Assembly: GCA_965219995.1 (NCBI GenBank)
Contig: CBDCOX010000002.1
Location: forward strand, 3,776,001-3,840,000
Origin: Candidatus Latescibacterota bacterium
Lineage (GTDB): Bacteria; Latescibacterota; UBA2968; GCA-2709665
Direction of reading: 5' to 3'
DNA: 64,000 nt
The translations under genes were made by a program, and so were the position numbers. How positions within the stretch are numbered: the first letter of the stretch is position 1; each line of letters begins with the position of its first letter. Below are positions 46,825-57,059 of this stretch, one piece after another. The notes under the pieces are model-generated. The model had not been told where the DNA came from, ran no database searches, and worked only from the letters and a program-made list of their open reading frames with translations.

Positions 46825-48023
46825 AATTGTCATATACGCGTCCGCACGCGGAGGATCTGCTGCTGCGGTTGCGTGAGCCGCGGCGTTTTGTTCAGGTCGT
46901 CGCCGGGCCGAGGCAGGTGGGGAAGACGACCCTGATCACGCATGTCGCGGAGAGGTCCGGGCTGCCGTATCGCTACGCCAGCGCCGACGAACCCACGTTA
47001 CGCGGACCGGAATGGATTGCGCAACAGTGGGACGCGGCGCGGCTTATTCTTGACGATGCAGGGGAGGATGGCGCGCTTCTCATCCTGGACGAAATCCAGA
47101 AAGCGCCAAACTGGTCGGAGGTGGTCAAACGACTTTGGGACGAGGATACGCTGAGCCAGCGACGGCTCAAGGTTGTGCTGTCGGGTTCGGCGCAGCTCCT
47201 GATCGGACGAGGCCTTACGGAGAGCCTTGCCGGGCGTTTCGAGCTTCTGCACGTTCCGCATTGGAGCCTGCTCGAAATGCGGACCGCTTTCGGCTGGTCT
47301 CCGGAACAGTTCTTGTTCTACGGCGCCTATCCCGGCGCGGCGCCGCTGGTGCAGGAGCAGGCCCGTTGGTCCCGGTACATCAGGGACTCACTCATCGAAA
47401 CAACCATTTCGCGAGACGTCCTGCTGCTTTCACGCGTGGACAAACCGGCCTTGTTGCGCCGGATGTTCGAATTGGGATGCGCGTATTCCGGCCAGATCCT
47501 TTCCTATTCGAAAATGCTGGGCCAACTGCACGACGCCGGAAACACCACGACGCTGGCGCACTATCTCGATCTGCTGGCAGCCGCGGGAATGCTCCGGGGA
47601 ATACAGAAGTACGCCGGAGCGGCGGTTCGGCGCCGGAGTTCCAGCCCTAAGTTGCAGGTCTACAACACGGCCCTGATGACAGCGGGATCGGGCCTAACAC
47701 TTGCGCAGGCGCGCGCCGATCACGAATTCTGGGGGCGGCTGGTCGAGTCAGCGGTAGGGGCTCACCTGGTGAATGCCGCTGCCGGCGGCGCGTGCGAGGT
47801 CTTCTACTGGCGCGACCGTCACAACGAGGTGGATTTCGTTGTGCGGTCCGGACGAACGATCACGGCCATTGAAGTCAAGAGCGGGCGAACCGGCCGGAAC
47901 CCCGCGGGAATGGCCGCCTTCGCCGAGGCCTTCCAACCGACCCGCAGACTGCTCGTCGGAGGCGACGGCATTGCCCTCGATGAGTTCCTCTCGAAATCGG
48001 TAGAGCTTTGGGTACATGAATGA
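46815..48023 (+). CDS. AAA_14 ATPase with DUF4143 (PD-(D/E)XK-like) C-terminus
   Basis: GPRQVGKTT, LILDEIQ, SGS, ESLAGR; EVDFVV...IEVKSG. Confidence 0.92.
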   Translation: MLSKLSYTRPHAEDLLLRLREPRRFVQVVAGPRQVGKTTLITHVAERSGLPYRYASADEPTLRGPEWIAQQWDAARLILDDAGEDGALLILDEIQKAPNWSEVVKRLWDEDTLSQRRLKVVLSGSAQLLIGRGLTESLAGRFELLHVPHWSLLEMRTAFGWSPEQFLFYGAYPGAAPLVQEQARWSRYIRDSLIETTISRDVLLLSRVDKPALLRRMFELGCAYSGQILSYSKMLGQLHDAGNTTTLAHYLDLLAAAGMLRGIQKYAGAAVRRRSSSPKLQVYNTALMTAGSGLTLAQARADHEFWGRLVESAVGAHLVNAAAGGACEVFYWRDRHNEVDFVVRSGRTITAIEVKSGRTGRNPAGMAAFAEAFQPTRRLLVGGDGIALDEFLSKSVELWVHE

Positions 48024-48047
48024 AGGCCCTGGTCGTGCAAAAAATCA

Positions 48048-48343
48048 GGGCAACCACAAGGGTTGCCCCTACGCAGGACGTGGAACGGGATTCTGACGGA
48101 CGTGCGTTGACGATCGTTGCATTGCAATTGTAAAATTCGTTACAACGCTCAACCCTATCTGAGGCATAATTTCAAGTGTAGGGGCGCCCCTTGTGGGTGC
48201 CCGGCCATTCGGTGACAGGTAAGCGGTCGACACATCAACCTGGGCAACAACAAGGGTTGCCCATACGCGCTGTACGGGATATGATATTTCCAACCAGGTG
48301 AATCGAACCATCGGAATTGTAGGGGCGCCCCTTGTGGGTGCCC
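48048..48343. repeat. Cluster of four GTAG-family REPs in alternating orientation (right island border)
   Basis: Copies at 48048-48072 (-), 48178-48202 (+), 48242-48266 (-, degenerate) and 48319-48343 (+). Confidence 0.88.
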
Positions 48344-48383
48344 GCACATATCACGTTAACCACAGAAATACGGGAGAATTCCA

Positions 48384-49373
48384 ATGCCCGAGTCGATACT
48401 GAAACAACTGGAAGGCGGCGTGGTGCTGGGCGACGGGGGGTACCTGCTCGCGTTGGAGAATCGGGGCTACGTCCAGGCCGGTCCGTTCACGCCGGAAGTG
48501 ACCATCGAGAACCCGAACGCGCTGCTTGCGTTGCACGAGGAATTCGTGCACGCCGGGGCGGAGGTCCTGCAGGTGCTCACCTTTTACGCCAGCGAAAACA
48601 AGCTGGCGCAGGTCGGCTATGCCGGCAGACTGGAAGAGATCAATCGCGCGGCCGTCAGAATCGCTCGCGAGGCCGCCGGCGACAGGGCGCTCGTCGCCGG
48701 GAATATCTGCCTCACGTGGAAGTACCCCGCATCGGAGGACGAATGCCGGCGCCTGTTCGACGCCCAGCTCGGTTACCAGATGGCCGAAGGCGTGGACTTC
48801 ATCATCGGCGAGACGTTTCTCCACGCGGGCGAGGCCCTGATCGCCCTCGAGCGTGTGAAAAGCACCGGCCTTCCCGCCATGATTACGCTGGCGTTCGAAG
48901 GTCCGGAAACCCGCGACGGAAAGTCCCCGGGCGAGGCCGCTAAGATGCTGGAAGGCGCGGGCGCCGACGTGGTGGGCGCCAATTGCTGGCAGGACCCCAC
49001 CTTCATGTTCCCCGCCATCGAGCAGATGCGCGAAGCGGTGAATTGCCATGTGGCCGCCCAGCCGGTCGCCTACCGGTGCACGCCGGAGGTACCCTTCTTC
49101 ACCGGTCAGCCAGGCTTTCCGGACAGGCTGGACGACTACAAGATCAGCCGCTATGAGATGGGCGACTTCGCTAAAGACGCCCTGGACCTGGGGGTGAACT
49201 ATATCGGCGGCTGTTGCGGATGCGAGGGATCGCACATCCGCCAGATGGCGCGCGCCATCGGCAAAATGCCCGCCGAAGAGCGCGAATGGGACGCGGATTA
49301 CCAGAAACCCCAGTCGGCGACCGAAGCGTACAGAGAAATCCGGGAGCAATCCGGCGCTGCTCCCGGAGCATGA
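48384..49373 (+). CDS. Homocysteine S-methyltransferase family protein, betaine-homocysteine methyltransferase (BHMT)-like
   Basis: GDGGYLLALENRGYVQAGPFTPE resembles the BHMT N-terminal motif; GANC and GGCCG zinc ligands. Confidence 0.88.
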   Translation: MPESILKQLEGGVVLGDGGYLLALENRGYVQAGPFTPEVTIENPNALLALHEEFVHAGAEVLQVLTFYASENKLAQVGYAGRLEEINRAAVRIAREAAGDRALVAGNICLTWKYPASEDECRRLFDAQLGYQMAEGVDFIIGETFLHAGEALIALERVKSTGLPAMITLAFEGPETRDGKSPGEAAKMLEGAGADVVGANCWQDPTFMFPAIEQMREAVNCHVAAQPVAYRCTPEVPFFTGQPGFPDRLDDYKISRYEMGDFAKDALDLGVNYIGGCCGCEGSHIRQMARAIGKMPAEEREWDADYQKPQSATEAYREIREQSGAAPGA

Positions 49374-49412
49374 TCTGGTCGCGATTGCAGATCCATGCGC
49401 GTGACATCGAGA

Positions 49413-50192
49413 TCAATCCGCCCGCCGGTCGGTTTCGCCCCACTCCCAGCAGGTCACCCGATACCCCTTTCCCCGTAACGCCACGGCGCCCACGTACCCG
49501 GCGCCGGGGTCCAGCGCTTTCATAAACCACTCCGTCGACGCGTTCGGGTCATCGTTCACGTGCAGCAAAGCCGCGGGGGTTCCGGGCGCCAGCGAAACTT
49601 CGAATGCATCCAGCGGGTAGGCGAGGCCGTCGCCCAATGCCTTGATATAAGCCTCTTTGCGCGTCCAGCAATTGAAGAACGCCTCGTATCGGACCTCCGG
49701 CGGAAGGGCCCGAATCGCGGCGACCTCCCCTGGGGAGAAGAAACGTCCCGCGATCCGCATGTGGTACTGAACCGCCCGCACGCGCTCCACGTCCACACCG
49801 ATATCCCGCGAGCCCACCACCGCCAGCAGCGCGAGTTCGCTGGAATGAGACAGATTGAAACGAAGCGCCTTTCCTGCCGGATCGTCCTTCAGAAACGGCT
49901 TTCCCCGGTGCCCGTAGTTGAAATCCAGGCGTTCGGGCGCGCGATTCAGATACCGGCCCAGGATTCGCCTGAGGGACGCCCGTCCCGCAATAAAACGCGC
50001 CCGGTGTCGGTCAAAGACAAACCGGGCTGCGCGCGCGTCCTCGTCTTCGGAGAGCACGTCCCGCATCTCTCGAATCTCAAACGCCGGCCGGTCGAGACGC
50101 ATCCGCCAGACCTGTATTTCGCTGTCGGACGCCACCGGATGCCGAGGCGGCGGACGCCAGATTCCGGATGTTGATCGGTCGATTGAATTCAC
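49413..50192 (-). CDS. 4'-phosphopantetheinyl transferase (Sfp-type)
   Basis: GTG 50192 overlaps the upstream TGA; GKP, FNLSHS, IGVDVE and [10 protein letters not shown] motifs. Confidence 0.9.
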   Translation of the reverse strand: MNSIDRSTSGIWRPPPRHPVASDSEIQVWRMRLDRPAFEIREMRDVLSEDEDARAARFVFDRHRARFIAGRASLRRILGRYLNRAPERLDFNYGHRGKPFLKDDPAGKALRFNLSHSSELALLAVVGSRDIGVDVERVRAVQYHMRIAGRFFSPGEVAAIRALPPEVRYEAFFNCWTRKEAYIKALGDGLAYPLDAFEVSLAPGTPAALLHVNDDPNASTEWFMKALDPGAGYVGAVALRGKGYRVTCWEWGETDRRAD

Positions 50193-52177
50193 GAGGGCGT
50201 ACCGCCATTCAACCGGTTCACGATCGCATCGACGTCGTACACGCACCCGCCCCAGGTTCCACCGCCCACGTTCTGCAGCGCTGCCCACAGCCGGGTATCT
50301 TCCGGCAGGTCCGCATCGGGCGCCAGGTCGGTGCGCGTGGCGCGGTCGGCCAGGATGCGACCACCCTCGTCGGGTCCGAAACGGGTCTGGCCCGTGCCCA
50401 CGAAGTCGATGCTGCCCGAGAGGTCCTTCCGGTCGATGACAATCTCCACCACGTCCCCATCCTCCAACTTGCCGATGGGGCCGCCTGCCAGCGCTTCCGG
50501 GCCTACATGACCGATACAGGCCCCCGTCGAAAACCCCGAAAAGCGCGCGTCCGTCAGCACCGCCACATGTTTCCCGAAATCCAGGTACTTGAGCGCGGTG
50601 GTGATCTGCGCGATCTCCTCCATCCCCGCGCCCATCGGGCCCCGCCCGATCAACACCATCACGTCTCCCGGTTTTACGCCCGTCGGACCGGAATCCTTCA
50701 GCGCGGCGGCGGCCGCGCGTTCGGTGGTGAACACCTTCACCGGGCCGGTCATCCGGTACACGCCGTCGGCGTCGACGACCGAGGGGTCGATCGCGGTGCT
50801 TTTGACCACGGACCCTTCCGGCGCGACATTCCCGGTGGGAAAACAGACGGTGCTGGTCAACCCTCTGTTTCGCGCGCGGCCGGCATCCATGATCACGCGG
50901 TCCGGGTCGACTCCGTCCTGATCGTACAACGCCGCCCTCAGTCTGGACCTTCGCTCGGATCCCTCCCACCAGTCCAGATTCTCGCCCAGTGTCTGCCCGG
51001 ATATCGTGAGCGCGCCCGTTTCCAGCAACCCCAGGCTCCGCAGGTGCAGCATCACTTCCGGCACGCCGCCGGCCAGAAACGCCCGGACGGTCGGATGGAA
51101 TTCGGGACCGTTGGGCAGCACGTCCACCAGGCGGGGAACCTGGCGGTTCACGTGGCTCCAATCGGCCACGGTGGGCCGTGAGAGCCCGGCCGCGTAGGCC
51201 ACCGCGGGAATGTGCAAGAGCAGGTTGGTCGATCCGCCGAACGCGGCGTGCGTGACCATCGCGTTGCGGACCGCGGCATCCGTTACGACGTCGGCCGTCG
51301 TGAGTCCCGTGGCCTGCATCGCGAACACCGCGCGGGCGGACCGGAGCGCCATGTCCAGCCAGACCGCTTCTCCCGACGGCGCCAGGGCGGAATGGGTCAA
51401 CGCGAGACCCAGTGCTTCGGCCACCACCTGTGAAGTGGCCGCGGTGCCCAGAAACTGGCAGCCGCCGCCCGGCGACGCGCAGGCCCGGCAGCCCAGGTCC
51501 TGCACCTCGGAGAGCGTCATCTCTCCGTGCGCCAGCCGGACGCCCACCGACTGAATCTTGCCGGCGTCTTCGCCGTCTTCCGGCGGCAGCGTCACGCCTC
51601 CCGGCACGATCGCCGTGGGCAGGGAGTGCATCGCCGCCAGGGCGATCATCATCGCGGGCAATCCCTTGTCGCAGGTTGCAACGCCGATCACCCCTTTGCG
51701 GGTGGGAAGGGAGCGGACCAGGCGCCGGAGCACCGTCGCCGCATCGTTGCGATACGCGAGACTGTCCATCATGCCGGTCGTGCCCTGGGTCCTTCCGTCG
51801 CACGGGTCGGAGCAATACCCTGCGAAAGGAATGCCGCCCAGCCGGTGAATTTCCAGGGCGGCCTCCCGTACCAACAGCCCCACCTCCCAGTGTCCCGTAT
51901 GATATCCCAGCGCGACGGGCCGTCCGTCCGGTTCGCGAATGCCCCCCATCGTGCTGAGGATTAGAATCTCCGGCCGGCCCAACTCCGCGGGATTCCATCC
52001 CATGCCGGCGTTCTGGCTGTACCCGAAGATATCCCCGCTGGGCGATTCGATCACGTGCTCTTCGGTGAGGGAAATCAGCTGCCCCTCGGGTCCCGGCGCC
52101 CGGGTCCGGACGTCGTAGATCGTTTTGTCGTCGGACTGCAGGATGGCGCCTGTGGGTGTTTTGCTTACAGCGGACAT
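50189..52177 (-). CDS. YjhG/YagF-family sugar-acid (D-xylonate) dehydratase, IlvD/Edd superfamily
   Basis: [36 protein letters not shown] and HVGPEA motifs. Confidence 0.9.
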   Translation of the reverse strand: MSAVSKTPTGAILQSDDKTIYDVRTRAPGPEGQLISLTEEHVIESPSGDIFGYSQNAGMGWNPAELGRPEILILSTMGGIREPDGRPVALGYHTGHWEVGLLVREAALEIHRLGGIPFAGYCSDPCDGRTQGTTGMMDSLAYRNDAATVLRRLVRSLPTRKGVIGVATCDKGLPAMMIALAAMHSLPTAIVPGGVTLPPEDGEDAGKIQSVGVRLAHGEMTLSEVQDLGCRACASPGGGCQFLGTAATSQVVAEALGLALTHSALAPSGEAVWLDMALRSARAVFAMQATGLTTADVVTDAAVRNAMVTHAAFGGSTNLLLHIPAVAYAAGLSRPTVADWSHVNRQVPRLVDVLPNGPEFHPTVRAFLAGGVPEVMLHLRSLGLLETGALTISGQTLGENLDWWEGSERRSRLRAALYDQDGVDPDRVIMDAGRARNRGLTSTVCFPTGNVAPEGSVVKSTAIDPSVVDADGVYRMTGPVKVFTTERAAAAALKDSGPTGVKPGDVMVLIGRGPMGAGMEEIAQITTALKYLDFGKHVAVLTDARFSGFSTGACIGHVGPEALAGGPIGKLEDGDVVEIVIDRKDLSGSIDFVGTGQTRFGPDEGGRILADRATRTDLAPDADLPEDTRLWAALQNVGGGTWGGCVYDVDAIVNRLNGGTPS

Positions 52178-52216
52178 ACGAATCCTCGCAACGGTACGAA
52201 CCCATGCGACGGGCTG

Positions 52217-52987
52217 TTATGTCAGTCCCATCCCCTGCAGATTCCGCAGGCTGATTCCAAGGCTCTCAAACGGGTCCCGCTGGCACGTATCCTGTTCCAC
52301 GATGTACCACAGGGTGCCCGCGGCCTTGCATGCATCCATGATGGCCGGCCAGTTCAAGTTGCCCTCGCCCACCTCGGCGTAGAGCTGTTCCCGGCCGCGC
52401 ATGGCCATATCTTTCACGTGAACCAGGTCCGCACGGCCCGCGGCCTTGCGAATCCACGCGGCGGGGTCTCCGCCTCCGTGCTGGATCCAGTAGGTGTCGA
52501 TCTCGAGTTGAAAGACTTCGGGGTCGCTCTCCTCAAACAGGATCTGCAGGCCCGTGCGATCTCCGAAACGCTCCAGTTCAAAACTGTGGTTGTGATACCC
52601 GAAGGTGAGCCCTGCCGCCGCGAGCTTGCCGGCCACCTCGGACGCCTCCCGGGCGAACCGCCTGTAACCGTCGCCACCATCTTCGCGATAGGTCTGTGGT
52701 AGCCCGCCGATCGCCGGGTATTTGCATCCCCACAACAGGTGCTCGTCGATCACGGCCTGGGTTTCATCCCGCATGCGTTCGTAGCTGGTGTGGGTGGCGC
52801 AGATTTCGAGGCCTTCACCGTCCGCCAGGTCCTTGAGTTCCTGGGGGCTGATGTCTCCAAATGCCGATACCTGCATCGCATCGTATCCCAGCGCCTTCAC
52901 CTTTTTCAGACTGGCCGCGACATCCGCGGGTGTTTGTGTAAACTCGCGCACCGTGTACATCTGCGCCGCCAAAACCGTACCGGCCAT
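52217..52987 (-). CDS. Sugar phosphate isomerase/epimerase (AP endonuclease 2 TIM barrel)
   Basis: QMYTVR, YHNHSFE, EIDTYW, HVKD and VEQD motifs. Confidence 0.9.
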   Translation of the reverse strand: MAGTVLAAQMYTVREFTQTPADVAASLKKVKALGYDAMQVSAFGDISPQELKDLADGEGLEICATHTSYERMRDETQAVIDEHLLWGCKYPAIGGLPQTYREDGGDGYRRFAREASEVAGKLAAAGLTFGYHNHSFELERFGDRTGLQILFEESDPEVFQLEIDTYWIQHGGGDPAAWIRKAAGRADLVHVKDMAMRGREQLYAEVGEGNLNWPAIMDACKAAGTLWYIVEQDTCQRDPFESLGISLRNLQGMGLT

Positions 52988-53252
52988 ATTCCGCTCCTTT
53001 CCGCGATCGCCCATGCAACCTGAAAACAGCTTCTAACGAGTACAAAATACCAAAGGACCGCCGAACTTCCAAGCCAAGTTTTCCCACCGGAAGGCGGAAC
53101 CGCGTGACGACCGTCTGACGGATTTTTAACTGGTTTTTTTCCGAAACCACTGTATTTTAAGTTCGAAGTTTCCGCTCCCCGCTCCCTCCCCCGGACCGTA
53201 CGATCCCCCCTTGTTCCAACCGCACCCGACTTGCTCGCAGAGGAGCCCGTTT

Positions 53253-55517
53253 ATGTCCGCATTGCAACACGCGACAACGCAGCAGGAGCATCGCAACCGC
53301 TCTCTGCTGGACGGTTCGCGGTACCTGTCCGAATCCGTCACGTCCAACGTTCTGCCACTGCAAATCGACATCCGGCAACCCCAACCACTGACGAAAACGC
53401 AAGTCGACACCTTCGCAGCCCTGCAGATCGAGGCCGCCCGTACGGCGGTGCGTTCGCTGGCCTCCCTGGCCGGGATCGGCGAAGCGGACCATCTGGGCGG
53501 GGGCATCGGCCTGATTCCTCCATTGCTGCTCACCCTGGCGGTGGCCGACTTCGAACGCATCGAATACACCATTGAACACGCTCACACGAGCGTCGGGTAT
53601 TATGCAGCGCTTTCCGCGGTGGGATACGTCGATCCGGAACACGTCGTTTCCGACTTTCGCCGCGGCCTGGATCTTCCCGGCCACGTCTCCTGGCTGCCGG
53701 GCGGCACGCAGATGAACGGCGGACGCCTGGGGGTGATGATTCCAGTGGCGGTGGGAAATGCGCTGGGCAAGCGCGGCATATACGGCGAGGGGTGCTGGGT
53801 GGTTGCCCACTGCGGAGACGCGGGCTGGATCTCGGGCCAGGCGCTCAACGGCTTCAACGCGGCGCACGTTCACGGCGCGCCCATCACGTTTGTAATGGAC
53901 CGGAACGGCATCCAGCTTTCCGGAAGCACCAGGAGCATCCTGGACAAGGACCCACGGTCCATCATCGGCGCGATGGGCATCGAAATCCTCGAAATCCCCA
54001 CGCTGATGGACCCCGCGGGCCTGTACACGGCGTACCGTGAAGCCTATGTCCTGGCGCAGGAAGGCCGTCCCAGCATGATCTATCCGGTTGGATTCCGGTC
54101 CCGGAACGGCAAACGGATCGACCTGAAGCACTTTGGCGAACACCACGGCATCCTCGACGCGGTGGAAGCATTTGCCGGCCGCCACGACGTGCCCCTGGAC
54201 CGCGAGATCTGGGTTCCCGGATCGCTGATGAGCTATCGAGACGTGGAGCCCATGCTGGAGTGCCTCTTTCTCGTGAACGACCTCCCCGGCGGCGCCGGCC
54301 ACCACGACGGGGGCATGAAAGATCGAGACGCAGCGGACGTACTCGCCGGTCCCATGTTCCGGCCCACGCAGGGCCAGTCGAAAGCGCTGGAACATCTGAA
54401 GTCGCAGCCGTCACGCGCGGTCAACACCCGGGCACGGCCTGCCCCGGGAAGCCCGAACCTGGTGCTGCCTGAAGGCGCCGCGGCGAGCGTTTCCTTACCC
54501 GGCCCGGGTGAGATGAAGAGCGCACGCGACGGTTCGGAAGCAGGGTACGCGCTGGTGGCCGAAACCTTTCCTGAACGGGTTTTCGTGGTCAGCTGCGACC
54601 TGGACGCCTCCACCAAACTGGCGAAGGCCCGGAGTCACCTGGCGGAAAACCATCAGTTCGAAATCAGCATCGAGGAACAGGCAGCCACCCTGATCGCCAA
54701 CGGCCTGGCCACCAGTACGCCGGGTCCGCAACTGAACGTGGTGTCCACCTTCGCGGCCTTTTTCGAGGGCATTGCCCGTGAAGGGTTCGACATGTGGCAG
54801 TACCAGCGCAATCTGACGGGCGTGAACGAGGGCCTCAACGTGACGTTTCATCTCTCTCACGTGGGCGCGTGTACGGGCCGGGACCACTTCTCCGGCTGGG
54901 GTCTGGACTGGATCAACGTGGCCCTCGGCTACCTTCCGTACCTGCATCGGTTCTACGCCCCGGCCGATGCGCGGTCGGCCTTTCTTGCCGTGATCGACAT
55001 GGCCGCCAACTATGGCGGGCACATCATCGGCATCCCCCGCGACAACCTGCCCGTGCTCGAAAAACAGGACGGCTCCGGCCCGCTCTGGGAACCGGACGAG
55101 GAATGGCAGCCCGTCACTGCCTGCCGGTCCTTTGCCGGCGCCGATCGCGCGATATTGGCATTCGGCGCGCCGGCATTCCTGGCGGTTGAGGCCGCCGACG
55201 CCATGAATGGCCGGGGCGCTGGCGTAGACGTATTTGTCGTCAACGGCCTGCCCCTGCCGAACGGATGCCTGGAGTCGTTGATATCGCAATACACCCGCGG
55301 TGTCGTCACCATCGAAGACGGAAAAATCGGCACATCCGAAACCGGACTCAGAGGGTTTGCGGGTCTGGCGGCCACCGCGGCTTCTTCACGCGGCGCGCCG
55401 CATGCGCACGTCGGCCTGACCGATCCGACCATCGCCCCGTCCGACGGGCATATGGAAACCTGGGCGCACTTCGGCATCACCACCGATGCGCTGGTCAACG
55501 CGATCGATAGTTTGTAA
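53253..55517 (+). CDS. Divergent transketolase-like ThDP enzyme
   Basis: Start MSALQH after AGGAG; DHLGG, LPGH, GRLG, GDAG...DRNGIQ, DLDAST, SIEEQ and STFAAF motifs. Confidence 0.75.
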   Translation: MSALQHATTQQEHRNRSLLDGSRYLSESVTSNVLPLQIDIRQPQPLTKTQVDTFAALQIEAARTAVRSLASLAGIGEADHLGGGIGLIPPLLLTLAVADFERIEYTIEHAHTSVGYYAALSAVGYVDPEHVVSDFRRGLDLPGHVSWLPGGTQMNGGRLGVMIPVAVGNALGKRGIYGEGCWVVAHCGDAGWISGQALNGFNAAHVHGAPITFVMDRNGIQLSGSTRSILDKDPRSIIGAMGIEILEIPTLMDPAGLYTAYREAYVLAQEGRPSMIYPVGFRSRNGKRIDLKHFGEHHGILDAVEAFAGRHDVPLDREIWVPGSLMSYRDVEPMLECLFLVNDLPGGAGHHDGGMKDRDAADVLAGPMFRPTQGQSKALEHLKSQPSRAVNTRARPAPGSPNLVLPEGAAASVSLPGPGEMKSARDGSEAGYALVAETFPERVFVVSCDLDASTKLAKARSHLAENHQFEISIEEQAATLIANGLATSTPGPQLNVVSTFAAFFEGIAREGFDMWQYQRNLTGVNEGLNVTFHLSHVGACTGRDHFSGWGLDWINVALGYLPYLHRFYAPADARSAFLAVIDMAANYGGHIIGIPRDNLPVLEKQDGSGPLWEPDEEWQPVTACRSFAGADRAILAFGAPAFLAVEAADAMNGRGAGVDVFVVNGLPLPNGCLESLISQYTRGVVTIEDGKIGTSETGLRGFAGLAATAASSRGAPHAHVGLTDPTIAPSDGHMETWAHFGITTDALVNAIDSL

Positions 55518-55709
55518 CGGTTTCAACTGCGTGGGTATGCCAGGAGGCCGGGAAGGGGCAGCAAGAGGAAGGCGGAACAGGCGGCGCCGACCGGCGGTCG
55601 GGCGGGAGAATTGCGGTGAAAGACCTGAATTCGCGTGTGTCTCTGTTTGCGACGGAGAATCCGCAACACGCGTAGACGTCCGGTTTCCGGAAATCGAACG
55701 TTCCAGCGG

Positions 55710-57038
55710 TTAAAATATCCTGTAACTCAGACCCATATTGAAGCTTTGCCTGGACTTTTCGCCTCTGGCGACGCGAAAGGACTCCGAAAGTGTCATGTTG
55801 AATTTGTTTTCGATGTAGAAGCTGAGCGCGAACGCGATATGCGAGATGATCTCGGCTTCTCTGTCCTCGCGCTTCTGTGCACGAATTGTCTTCAGCGTCG
55901 TAAATCGGATCCTGTTCGTTAACTCGTAGATGAAATCCGTTTGCCATCGCAGGTTATAGTCTGTTCCGAAAGCCCTGGAAAACGGCGTATCGTAGTGGAA
56001 ATCGGTGTTGATCTGCGTGCTCCAGCTGATCGGGTGGGAGTACCGAAAGTTGACCAGCATGCCGGGCGGCGGCCGGTCCGTATCTTCGTAAGGATTCAAC
56101 ATCTGAAACTGCACGCCGGTTGTAATGTCCCAACCATAGAATCGTTTGCTGATCTGCTCCTGGGTCAACACTTCCTGGATCCGCACCAGGCCGAATCCGA
56201 TCTCTTCTCCCAGGACCCTGCGGGACTTCCTGATTTCGGCAAGCATGTCTTCGAACCAGTAGTTTTCGTACCGGTCTCCATGCTGTTCCTTGTATTCCCG
56301 CTCCCTGTCTATGATATGGGCGAGTTCGATCATCGTCTCCTTGGAGAAGTGCTCGCCGATGATGCCCTCCTCGAGGAAGAATTCCTCGATTCTCCCGGCT
56401 TTTCGAAGCGCGGTGGCATCGATAAACCGTCCGTGTCCGAAGCCCAGCGTCATCTCGATGCTGGGTCGATCGTATCCGGAATCCAGGTTCGAGTCGGTGC
56501 CCCACGAATAGAACAGACTGCCTTCATTGCGGTGGTACTTCTTCAGATTCGTCTTCAGGTGGCTCAGAGCGTCCCGTTCGTTTTCCTTCGTGATAATATT
56601 CTTCCTGATCGAACCATGGCCGGTCGCGTCAACAGAGTAAGCATACGGGAGCGACTCGTAGAACTTCTTGTACACGACGGCCACATTCCCATGCTGAACA
56701 ACGGTTTCGTCGCCCTCCGTCGCGTAGTTGAAGCTGAGTGCGTCGATGCGCAGGTTGTGGGCCCGGCTGACGGGCACGACGTAATCCGTGATCGACACGT
56801 TTTGCGCCGATGCCGTAGAGACCGCCAGGAGGCACACTGCTGCCGGACTCATCAGCAACGTCTGCAGGCAGAAGAGTACGGCGCCCGCCCGCCCGATGGG
56901 CAACACCGGCAATCCGCCGCGTTCGGGAGCCGGCCCTTCCGTGCAGTGCTTTTTTGTGGGACTATCGGCGGAATCCGCAGTGCCCACCACGGTCATCCTC
57001 GGCAACCGCTCCCGCCCAGATCCTGTTTTTGCTGTCAT
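55710..57038 (-). CDS. Putative outer-membrane beta-barrel protein
   Basis: Signal-like ASA-Q segment (true start probably downstream of 57038); C-terminal FNMGLSYRIF barrel signature. Confidence 0.6.
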   Translation of the reverse strand: MTAKTGSGRERLPRMTVVGTADSADSPTKKHCTEGPAPERGGLPVLPIGRAGAVLFCLQTLLMSPAAVCLLAVSTASAQNVSITDYVVPVSRAHNLRIDALSFNYATEGDETVVQHGNVAVVYKKFYESLPYAYSVDATGHGSIRKNIITKENERDALSHLKTNLKKYHRNEGSLFYSWGTDSNLDSGYDRPSIEMTLGFGHGRFIDATALRKAGRIEEFFLEEGIIGEHFSKETMIELAHIIDREREYKEQHGDRYENYWFEDMLAEIRKSRRVLGEEIGFGLVRIQEVLTQEQISKRFYGWDITTGVQFQMLNPYEDTDRPPPGMLVNFRYSHPISWSTQINTDFHYDTPFSRAFGTDYNLRWQTDFIYELTNRIRFTTLKTIRAQKREDREAEIISHIAFALSFYIENKFNMTLSESFRVARGEKSRQSFNMGLSYRIF

Positions 57039-57059
57039 TTCGCTTCCCCCTGTCTTTGT

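Noticed and set aside
48048-48343. Repeat-spacer pattern resembling a CRISPR array
   Set aside because: Repeats alternate in orientation, spacers are unequal (about 105, 39 and 52 bp), the units are GTAG-type REPs and no cas genes are present
49413-52205. 930-aa ORF appearing to fuse a long N-terminal region to the PPTase
   Set aside because: The first ~670 codons are an Arg/Gly-rich alternative frame of the dehydratase gene; the PPTase has its own GTG overlapping the dehydratase stop
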